A DNA stretch of 63,563 nt, filler included, from Octopus bimaculoides (taxonomy: Eukaryota), in assembly GCF_001194135.2 (NCBI RefSeq). It is 6 parts of 6 records of this genome, joined end to end, with 100 filler letters (N's around TTAATTAATTAA, not from the genome) between each part and the next. Parts side by side here need not be neighbours in the genome. Positions count along the whole stretch, not along the records: positions 35,993 to 49,279 come from NC_068983.1; 5 more parts are not named here. The stretch is one strand, 5' to 3'. Each line of letters begins with the position of its first letter. The stretch's first letter is position 1. Position numbers and translations under genes: made by a program. The notes below the pieces were generated by a model, which was given only the letters and a program-made list of their open reading frames with translations, had not been told where the DNA came from and ran no database searches. Below are positions 36,020 to 46,540 of this stretch, piece after piece.

Positions 36020-37013
36020 CTATTATGGAGTGAATTTTAGGGCTTATAGATCTAACATTTTCCTATCGTTCCTTAATACCGGTTTCCATATGATATTCGT
36101 ATCTGTACTCGGTTTGCTTAGGAGGTTGTTGTGTCCTAAGATATATGCTGCTTCTTTTAGTTTTCATATTATTTTAACTTAATTCCACAAGGAGAGGTGG
36201 TCTCCATTTTTCTATACATGATCAGCTATAACCTATTTATCAATATCTCCTCATGTCACAGCTTTGCGATGTTCGTCTACCCTTATTTTGAGGGGGCGAT
36301 ATGTTTCGCTTTTGTATAACCTACCACAGATGCATGGGCTGGAGTACATGGAGTCTTTGGTCATATTCTCTTCTATTTGTGGTGTTACTCGAAGGAGATA
36401 TTTGCCAAATGTTGGATTACGCTTGATTATTATCCAGGTGTCATATGGGCCGCATATCTTGTGTATCTGATAATTGCCTTTCACATAGGGTGGACAGACT
36501 GTGGACAGTTTATTGGTTTCATCCCCTCTGTTCTTCATAATTTGAGTGATTAGTATGTTTTGGGGTACTTGTTACTTAATAGATTGTTACTTAGCTTTTT
36601 CATTACTTCATGGTGGGTATTACGATCGCTACTTATATTCTTTGGTCGACGTTTTACACTGTATTTGAAGTGGGAAATGAAGTTAAGGTATCATCCAGTG
36701 AAGGTCAGCTTGCGGTATACGGATCTCCTGAATCCATACTTGGTGCGTGTTATTAATACGTCCAGGAATTCTAGCTGGTTGTCTTTTTTCCTTTTCCAGT
36801 CTGATCCGTATGGATAGCTTTATTGAGTTCCCATGATCTAACAGTGTTTGGACACATCTTCCTGGTGAGGCCAGAGTATAAAGGCATCAACATATCGTAG
36901 CCATAGAGTTGGCTTTAGTGGTGTTGATTCTAAAGCCAAATTCTCAAACTATTCTCTGCATATATTGGCTATTATCGGTGATTATGGCGAACCAATAGCT
37001 AAACCCCCCTCTG

Positions 37014-37049
<36 letters not shown>

Positions 37050-37215
37050 TGTCTATACTGAAGTAGGTAGTTTCTACGCAGAAGGTCAACATTTCCATCA
37101 GGTTTCTCATTGGTATACTAGTGCATTCTTTTAGATGGGTGCCTGTCACTAGTTTTTCTTGAATCACCGATAGTGCTTCACCAGTTGGGACTTTGGTGAG
37201 CAGACTTATCGCATA
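36020..37215 (-). mobile_element. Penelope-like element relic (RT + GIY-YIG), fragmented ORF
   Basis: VPTGEALSVIQEKL...CVETTYF, GLAIGSP, LWLRYVDA, LEFLDVLI; GIY-YIG region PCICGRLYKSETYRPLKIRVDEHRKAV; stops, frameshifts and an (AT)n interruption. Confidence 0.85.
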
Positions 37216-37600
37216 TAAACTCTGTCTGCTAGGACACAACAACCTCTTAAGCAGACCGAGTTCAGATATGCGTAGCATATAGCAACCGGTATTAAGGAAG
37301 GATAGGAAAATATTAGATTTATAAACCCTAAAATTTACTCCATAATTGCCCACGGGCATACGTCGTCGTGGTTAAGAGCGCGGGCTACTAACCCCAACAT
37401 TCCAAGTTCGATTCCAGGAAGTGACCGGAATAATAATAATAATAATATCGAAAAATACCTTAGGAATGAGAAAACAGGCTTGAGATTTCCCCAAGGCACC
37501 TGATGAAGGCTGGAGGGTATATTAGCCGAAACGTTGTGTTAATATCAAATAAGATGAGGACAAATATCCGTCAAATGTAAATAATGTAAATAATGTGCAA
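37216..37600 (+). mobile_element. Penelope terminal repeat in inverted orientation to the adjacent ORF
   Basis: About 37225-37345 is the reverse complement of about 36025-36150; contains a tRNA-like A/B-box segment and the HHR. Confidence 0.75.
37495..37540 (+). ncRNA. Minimal Penelope-type hammerhead ribozyme with intact core
   Basis: ggcac-CTGATGA-a-ggct...agcc-GAAA-CGT-T-gtgtt, located in the Penelope terminal repeat. Confidence 0.65.
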
Positions 37601-39039
37601 ACATTGTCCTTGTAGTATGTTTCAGAGCAATGTCGGTTACGTTTCTATGCATTGGGTGATATACCTTAAATATTTACCGTATCTATCTCGCGTTCTTTAG
37701 CGGATTTATGTTTGAGAGTGTAATTTGAAAGTTAATTCGCTTTTAACATTCTTTTTGTCTCATTTTGTATATGCTATTTAAGATCATATCGCTTAGCCTT
37801 AGTGTTTATAAATATTCTGCATACTAATTAGTGGTTCAATAGGTCTAGGAGAATAAGGGAGATTTGATCCTGCATGATTTCTTGATAAATATGTACAACC
37901 GCTCAGATTGTAGGCATATTTATATCCTTTTAATTCTTTTCCGCTTTGAAAAACTTTGTAAGTTTAAGATCATTTCACATTCTATCAGTTTATAATTATT
38001 TTAATGAATTTTGTTTATGGTCAAGTATTTGCATCTTCGTCATTTAGAAATTTCTCTTTCATCTTTTTCTTTGATGTTTTCCTTATTTTTTACATGGTAC
38101 TTGGAAAACGGTTGGGGCAGACAGAAGAGATGTGTGTTTTAAATGTATAAAATAGTACAAAATAAAAAATAAATCATAAATATTTTATCTGGAAAATACA
38201 AGGCAAGACAATTGGCTGAGGAAAGGTCGGGTCCAAGACCAAATTCTCTTCAGAGGTGAATGACAGAAAGAAAGAGAGAGAGAGAGAGAGAGGAAAGAGA
38301 GGGGAGAGAGAGAGGAGGGAGAGAGAGAAGGGAGACGAGAAAAAGAGAGAGATGATGTAATGATTAAGCTAAAATGTGTACTTCTAATAATTGCAAATAC
38401 TTTGGAGGGTATCAAAACCAAGGCAACGTCCATGACGCTTCACCTTATAACTTAAACAGTAATAATAATAATCTAATGTACACAAATTGAAACGATAGAT
38501 TCCAGTGTGTGCGTGAGTGTGGATTTCTCACATTATGGAAAACTGATGGCAAAAGTGTGTATATAATAAGGAGAGAGAAAGAGAGGTTCAAATAAACGGT
38601 ATTTACACATTCACAAACGAGAGAACGCTACCGGTGTATATGCACATTAAGACACACCCACACAAAACGACTATCGGTGTGCATATATGGACGAGGCGGA
38701 GTGGGTGTTTATATGCACCCACGCCGTTAGCGATCATGTGTGTATGTATGTGTGCGCGTGCGCGCGTGTTCGGGTGCGCGTGTGCCTTTGCGTGTATGTG
38801 TATTTCTGCACATGCTAGCAGTGTTGTTTGACTTTCACTATTTACCTTACAATTAAACGGATGCGTTTCTGAGCAAGTCCTTATCTATCTATTCAAACAG
38901 GGTATGATCATTATGCACCCTAACACACCAATTTCCGTATCGTAATAAAATAGTTATGGACCGAAGATTATCAATGCATTCTCTCTTGTCCGGATTCTTT
39001 GTCGATCAAATTACCGCTACACGTCAGACCTAATTATGA

Positions 39040-39241
39040 CGTAAAAAGATACCTTGATGAATTCTTTGTCATGAAAGCACCTCAGTTCTAGGAAGAGGGT
39101 ATTTTCAAGTTAAAGGAAAGGTGGAGACGCATTGTGCAACAAAATGGTTCAAATTTAGTTGATTAAAAATGTAATGGCAAGTATTTATTGACCTTTTTCT
39201 TTCCTTTATAAATCGGCACGAACTTTCCCGACAACCCAATA
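39040..39241 (+). mobile_element. Mariner 3' fragment
   Basis: YLDEFF...GIFKLKERWRRIVQQNG then stop; TIR-like end gaactttcccgacaacccaata. Confidence 0.75.
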
Positions 39242-39414
39242 TATTGCAAAGAGGGTGGCGCATCAAGTCTCTTTGCTTCACTCCATTTTCAATGGCCAAA
39301 GATTCAGAGAGCCTACCACCAAAGTTAACTCTAGCTTTCATACAGTTCTATATTTAAGAGATGGGGAATTATGTACATTTTTTACATTATTTACATTTGA
39401 CGGATACTTCCTTC

Positions 39415-40035
39415 AATAATTATGCTAGATCATCATAAAACTGTCCTACAGTTTCATCATAATGAGACATTTTTGGAGCATAAATACTGACAACGGTAAG
39501 AAACCTACCTTTTGTCAGTTTAATACGGCATGACATGATCCATTCAGATATACTACTTGGTAGATCTGCAATGGAGGATGCTAATGTATTCTGGAGAGCA
39601 AACCCAACGAGATTCTCTACGCTGACCCTTAGATAGGCCTCTCCAAAAGATAGTATATCCATATTTAGGTTCTTTTACTTGACCCTCGACAGAGATGAGT
39701 TTTAGAGATCGCAATTATATCAAGGGGATATTTCTTAAGTTCACATGCAAAAAGTGCAGTACGCCTCTCTGGCCTCTTGTTGAAATTATCTTCAAGAAGT
39801 GCGCGCGCATTCCAACAGCTAAAATTCAAAGGATGTTTATTTTTAGTTTTTCTTGATGAGTTCAGGAATTCATACGCCCTTTGACGGGTCTTATTTTTCA
39901 TCCCGCAGGGTGTCCAACCCCCCCCCCCTCACCAAGCAAACCTGGTGGGGGTTGCTAGTTTAGTCACCGACGACCCGACCATGCGACAGGTTGTACTAGA
40001 TTACATGTTACCAGTAGCACTCAAGAGCGACCTGG
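39415..40035 (-). mobile_element. RTE-clade LINE 5' end (UTR plus AP endonuclease), 3'-truncated
   Basis: WNARALLED...RPERRTAL..CELKKYPLDIIAISKT; VGFAL...VVSIYAP...DETVGQFYDDL. Confidence 0.85.
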
Positions 40036-41206
40036 CATATATATATATATATATANNNNNNNNNNGAATAAGTAGAGATTAACAATAATTCATAGAATAT
40101 TGAAGACATAAACATGATGCGAACTTCTTATACTTGGCTGTTGACCAAGAAGCATCTCGTCTTCGTTTCATAATTACTCTAAGAAGAAATTATGCCAAGC
40201 GAAAATGGCATACGATAGACTGTACAATTTTTAATTGTATTCATTTTGGGAGGTGGAAATATTACAAGCAGAGGTGCCGTTCAGGAATGCTTAAATAATT
40301 TTCGTTTCGCAGTTGTTGTTTTATCCTAACTGGCAATAAGAATTCCTTAAGGTTAATTTTCCTTATTTTTATAATGGGTGCTATCGTAATTAATGGAAAT
40401 AATTTCAATGTATACATATTAATTATGTTATCTCCTACTTCAAAATAAACACGGCCAGAGCTTGCTGCGAGTGGCAAATAGATACTATATCATACCCCTT
40501 GCATTGTTCATATACTCTCCACTACACATTCAATACTAAAACATTCTACTACACCTTACTTTTTTAGCGAACTCTCTAAAATCACACTCTCATATCACTT
40601 TATTAGATCAGAGATAGACCCCCATGATAACGACTTTATCTACTGTCTTTTTCTTCTTCATATGCACACAATATAATCTAACGTATTACACTTAATTCAA
40701 ATGAATTGTTTCCTCTACAATATTATGATGATAAATATGCTTGATGCAACTTTACTTTCAAGCGAATTATTAGCGTTTTAAAATACATGATGTCTAAAGG
40801 CATTTGTGGGTTCGTTATTAACCTATTTATTCATTCATAATTACTTCTCTTCTAGCACAAAACACATTCTATTGTTGTTATGATCAAGGTGCTCTACATA
40901 TTAAAGATTTCTCTATAGGAAACAAGCTTCTGAAATCATTATATGCGTGAAAACAAAATGAAATGTGTATATTGTCCTTCTTTTCAATGCAATCTAAGTC
41001 AGAATGAAATTTAGTTAATTAATTATTCATTAATTAATGTCTTATTCAGCATGATACCATGACAATTAATAATTTCCGCGAAAAATGTGTAACAATTCTC
41101 ATTACTGCAAAATAATCTAGTAATTTAAATATTTTCTTAAAAGGTTGTATTTAATTTTTCTTTTAAAGCATAGAGCTCCAGGCAAAATTAAATTTTCAAC
41201 ATAAGA

Positions 41207-41286
<80 letters not shown>

Positions 41287-41332
41287 TGATAAGGAGGAGG
41301 AGGAGGGGAGGAGAATGGTGAAGGTGATGATG

Positions 41333-41389
<57 letters not shown>

Positions 41390-41397
<8 letters not shown>

Positions 41398-41527
41398 CCT
41401 TTCTACTATAGGCACAAGGACTGAAATTTTGGGGAGGGGTAAAACGATTACATCGACTCCAGTAATCAACCGGTAGTTTACATATCAACCACGAAAGGAT
41501 GAAATGCAAAGTCGACCTCGGCGGAAT
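41390..41527 (-). mobile_element. SINE family A partial copy with (AAT)n tail
   Basis: gaaaggatgaaatgcaaagtcgacctcggcggaatt. Confidence 0.75.
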
Positions 41528-41624
41528 TAGTACTAACAAGTGCTCTTATGCATTACAAAAACTGTGGCTCTCATAAGTTCTGCTCTGAATTGATTCGCGT
41601 GTTAGCACGCATGTTTTTGGTCTT

Positions 41625-41830
41625 GGTGTTAAAGATGGGCTACAACAAATATCCTGCTCAGTAATATAGATTTGCTTGTCGGTTGCCTGACCTTAAATCG
41701 TTGGGCATTTCCCTTTGGGCTGACAATATGTGCATCTCTAATTGTGAGCAGGAGTAGTGAGGGATCATGATAGCCAGGTGTTGAGAGGACATCTTTGTGG
41801 CTTCAATAATTCACATCCGGAAACGTGGGT
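41625..41830. mobile_element. Unclassified SINE-like repeat fragment
   Basis: Recognised from memory as a cephalopod repeat; no ORF. Confidence 0.35.
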
Positions 41831-41941
41831 GTTTCGTTGATAATACTTAAACAACACGTATCTTTCCAGTGAGACTCAAGGTGAAGAAAATTGTAAGTAG
41901 ACCCCACCTGCATGGCCATGCGCTGCTTGTTTACTCAGTTA

Positions 41942-42066
<125 letters not shown>

Positions 42067-42183
42067 AGGATGATGATAAAAATAATTTATAATACATACA
42101 TACGTGCTTACATATACATACCATACACTCATTCCCACACGCATGTATACACTATAAAATATATTTTTGTATCTGTATATATT

Positions 42184-43452
42184 CAGGGGTTGCACAAAAT
42201 AATGGAAACACCTAGCATCATAGCATCATCATTTTGAAATATCTATAAAACCGTATATAGCTTGTTTATTTACATGTTTTTATTTATTTATTATTAGTGT
42301 TGCTTAATATGTTTTTCTAAAATTGAGGTTTCTCTTTTGATATCATCAAAAAAGGCAATTAAAATTCATTAGAATTGCAGATCTATCGGACTTTCAAAGA
42401 GGTCAACTTGTTGGTGCTCGTATGGCAGGTGCTAGCGTAACAAAAAATAGCCGAAATGTTCGGTGTATCAAGAAGTACTTTCACGAAAGTAATGACAGCC
42501 TTTGAGAAAGAGGGACAAACGTACTCGCCGAAACCAAACTACAGAAGAAATCCAAAAAGTTCAGATAGAGACTACCGTAATCTAACGCAAATTGTTAGGC
42601 AGGAGCACAAAAGTACAGCGCCCAAAATTACTGCAGAGCTTAATGACCACCTCGAGAACCAAGTTTCTACAAAAACTGTTCTCCGTGCGCTGCACAAAGC
42701 AGGATTTTACAAGAGAGCTGCAATCAGAAAACCACTACTTTCAAGAACAAACGTTGCATAGCATTTAGAGAGGAGTAAATACCTACAAAATTTGCTCTTA
42801 GAGCAGTGGGAGAATGTTATTTTCTCGGTCGAGTCATCCTTTACCTGACTTCTGACCACCGGCCAAGTATACGTGTGGAGACAGCTAAAAGAAGCATTTG
42901 ACCCAGGCTGTCTTCTTTTAACTGTGAAACATGGAGGAGGATATGTGATGATATGGGGTGCTTTATCTCGGAAATCCGCCGGCTCAATAGTTTCCCTTCA
43001 TGGCAGAATTTAATAGTCAATACTATTTTATCTGATCAAATTCATCCTATGTTTGCGGAACTGTTTCCGGAGGGAAACGCAATCTTTCAGGATGATAATG
43101 CAGCAATTCACCCAGCTAAAGTTGTTACTGAATGACACGAGGAACATTCTTGTGAAGTTGAACATCTTATCTGGCCACCACAGTCCCCAGATCTCAATAT
43201 TATTAAACATTTATGGTGCATTTTAGAAAAGAAAACAAGTAAGGAGATCGATATACACCACCATCATCACTACAAGAACTGGAAACTGTTTTAGCCGAAA
43301 ATGGACAAAAATTCCTTTGGAAAAAATTCAAACTTTTTACAAGTCAATACCTCGTAGAATTCAAGCTGTAATTACTGCCAAAGTGGTCGTACCACGTATT
43401 AAAATAAGTTTATTTAAAATTTGAAGGGGTTTCCATTATTTTTAACAACCTG
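42184..43452 (+). mobile_element. Tc1-like (DD34E) transposon relic
   Basis: Imperfect TIRs caggggttgcacaaaataatggaaac / gtttccattatttttaacaacctg followed by TA; pseudogene DLSDFQRGQLVGAR...KHGGGYVMIWG...FQDDNA...WPPQSPDLNII. Confidence 0.9.
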
Positions 43453-43596
43453 TACATGTATATGTGTGTGCGTGTAATATTGAAAGTTTTATATGTGATT
43501 ATATAACTATGTAAGAATATACACATGCAGGTATACATAATACAAATATAAAAAAGGATATGTTTTAATGCGTTGTTTCACTGAATGTGGTGCCTT

Positions 43597-44365
43597 GCGA
43601 CCCTATCGGTTTGGCTGCTAGCATCAATTCTCTTCGAATTGATTTCATATTCAGTGTAATGATACACTTTTATATGCTAATTAACGACGTGAAAGTAATT
43701 TTCTCTATAAATCAGTAAATAAAGAGTTATTAGCAATTAAAGTTACGAAATTTTGGTAAAGTTAGCCAAACGTAAGCCACAGACACATTCATGTCTGTTT
43801 CTATAGTAAGAAGCGAAACATGAGAGTTCTATTGTCTCTCAACTTGCCTGTTTCCATAGTAACAAGCGAATCCGAGCAATGTTTGAAGAATCTTTTATCT
43901 GTTGACAAATTTGACGCTATGTTCTGTGTTCTGTGTGATTATGGCAGCAAGCTCCAGCAACTTCGATTCTTTGATGGAAACATTTAAAATAGAGGAGGAT
44001 ATTTTAAAGATTAAAACTGAAAATTAAATGTTTGTTTTTTTAAGCATATTTTGTTCACTTTTATTTTCATGCATAACATAAAAACGTACTTTTGGAAATT
44101 TGTCAATTTATAAGATTTTGCTGGCAAATTTTAAAATTAACATTTATTAACATTTATTTACATATGAGAAAATTGCCGAAGAACCTTCATCTAATTCGTC
44201 CAAATTTTTCTGTTAAAAATTGTAATGTGTTTATCGCATGTAACGTGTTGTTTATCGCATTTGCATTAAATACATATGATTGTTTACTCGTTTTTATGCC
44301 AAACTTTCAAATTTTCGGTAAACTTTAATTTTTGAAATGCTGGCAGCTAAACCGATAGGATCCGC
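43597..44365. mobile_element. Candidate MITE with ~28-bp imperfect TIRs
   Basis: gcgaccctatcggtttggctgctagcat vs atgctggcagctaaaccgataggatccgc; no TSD identified. Confidence 0.5.
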
Positions 44366-44846
44366 GATATTCTCTATTTATGAGTATAAAGCGGTGGTGT
44401 GTTCATCGCATAGAAGACAGAATGTAAGGACAAGAGCAAGTGTATGCAAGAACAGGGTAAAAATAGGTACCGTAAGCATTGTAGACCCGTGCATTTTCTC
44501 AGTGATGTTATATAGCAACGTGTGTCCAGGGGGGAAATTTTAGTTCGTTATCTGAAAATCTAGGTAATCCGTACTTGCTAATTAAATCAATGATCATACT
44601 AAATTGTGCGTATTATAATAGGCAAATGAGCATCTCGTAGCATGCATGCATCTTTCTCTTGTTTTCGAGAATTTGTTAACGATCAGTTTCCTGATCAACT
44701 AAAGAAAAAAAAAACTATTAATCTGAGCATAGCCTGCGCCTCTATTTTCCGTTGCTATCATTTCTTATATACTGAACGAACGCTGAGGAATTCCTGAGGT
44801 AAATGCTGCGATATTTGTGTAAATACCTTGGATCACATGAGTTATA

Positions 44847-44877
<31 letters not shown>

Positions 44878-45759
44878 GTACCGTGTGTGTGTTTGTGCGT
44901 GTGTACTGACTAGCTATCACTGGCGAAATAGCCATATGTACAACTATTTTGTACCACACTTCATCTCTGCTGTGAAATTGGGTAAATAGCCAGATAGTCT
45001 TCTTTGAGGAGTGGTTAAAAAACCGTGAAAGAGATTGTCAGAAGGCACACGCTCTCTCTTTCTCACCCATGAATAACATACATACATTGGGTTTATAGTG
45101 TAATCTCAAGGAAGTAACACCTTGTGAAGCTTGTATACGTTTAACATTTGATTTGTATAGATGTAGGCAAAGTCGTTTGTAGAGTACGACATTTACATGT
45201 CGCTGGATTAGTTGGCATTTTCTATTGAAACTGCACATATGACAACTGTATAAATTCTTTAGCAAATAACGAAATCTGACCATCAATTATTCGTCTTTAC
45301 CGATCACTCAGTAGTGCAATAATGCCTTATGTATTAGCGTAAAAATATAACCTAAGTTATATGTATTAGCGTACGAATACAACGCGAAGATTAATTATTC
45401 ATGCCGGAAGAAAAAATCTAAGTATTTCAAACACCAAAATCAAATTTTCAACGCATATGGCTATTCGCTGGAAATACAAAGCCCAAAATACGATTGCAAT
45501 CTTTCTCCTTATTACCCTCATTAGCCTTCGTAGAGATGAAAGATTGTTTATTATTTAAGTCAACATCGTATTTCGATCAGAGGGCAAACCGATAAATAAT
45601 ACTGTGTACACAAATATTGAAAGCAATTTATTATTGAAAATATAAAATGTTAAACATCGTTAGTTGATATGTATATATACGTTAGTATGCGTGCACGTGT
45701 ATATACATGTGTATACTCACACATGCACACACACAAACACACACATATATGTATATACG

Positions 45760-45791
<32 letters not shown>

Positions 45792-46280
45792 CACGTACGT
45801 ACACACAAATACACACCACGCNNNNNNNNNNNNNNNNNNNNNNNNNNNNNNNNNNNNNNNNNNNNNNNNNNNNNNNNNNNNNNNNNNNNNNNNNNNNNNN
45901 NNNNNNNNNNNNNNNNNNNNNNNNNNNNNNNNNNNNNNNNNNNNNNNNNNNNNNNNNNNNNNNNNNNNNNNNNNNNNNNNNNNNNNNNNNNNNNNNNNNN
46001 NNNNNNNNNNNNNNNNNNNNNNNNNNNNNNNNNNNNNNNNNNNNNNNNNNNNNNNNNNNNNNNNNNNNNNNNNNNNNNNNNNNNNNNNNNNNNNNNNNNN
46101 NNNNNNNNNNNNNNNNNNNNNNNNNNNNNNNNNNNNNNNNNNNNNNNNNNNNNNNNNNNNNNNNNNNNNNNNNNNNNNNNNNNNNNNNNNNNNNNNNNNN
46201 NNNNNNNNNNNNNNNNNNNNNNNNNNNNNNNNNNNNNNNNNNNNNNNNNNNNNNNNNNNNNNNNNNNNNNNNNNNNNNNN

Positions 46281-46343
46281 CATCAGCTGTCGAACGCCGA
46301 CGAAGGGAAATAACCCTGAAATCCGGATACGTTCGTGCTGCTG
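46281..46343 (+). ncRNA. Type I hammerhead ribozyme motif (U4C variant) with palindromic helix III
   Basis: Helix I cgaacg/cgttcg (extended by cagc/gctg beyond an internal loop); core CCGACGA; helix II aggg-aaataa-ccct; GAAA; helix III A-U-CCGG-A-U; cleavage triplet AUA. Confidence 0.75.
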
Positions 46344-46540
46344 GCCGAGGTGAGAGGGATAACTCCCTTGGCAAACAGGACACAGTCGTGTGTCGATAAG
46401 CCAGCTGGAGGAGATGTCCTCCTGGGGCTAAAAGCAACAGTAACATCCACCCCTAGGGGTCAGCCACACTTAAGTGGCAATATACTACACTTTATCGTGC
46501 AGTTACTGTTAATACTTCATTTAGAGAATTAACATTGCTT
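46281..46540 (+). mobile_element. Retrozyme-like HHR element, copy 1 (5' part hidden in the gap)
   Basis: HHR followed by several hairpins; homologous to 27305-27562; ends at (TA)n. Confidence 0.6.

Noticed and set aside
37354-37420. tRNA gene calls for this and the SINE heads
   Set aside because: No complete acceptor stem, and all are embedded in repeats.
39940-40035. HDV-like ribozyme at the RTE 5' end (P2 ctagt/actag and J4/2 CUAA fit)
   Set aside because: I could not build a convincing P1 or P3/L3 by hand; it needs a descriptor search.
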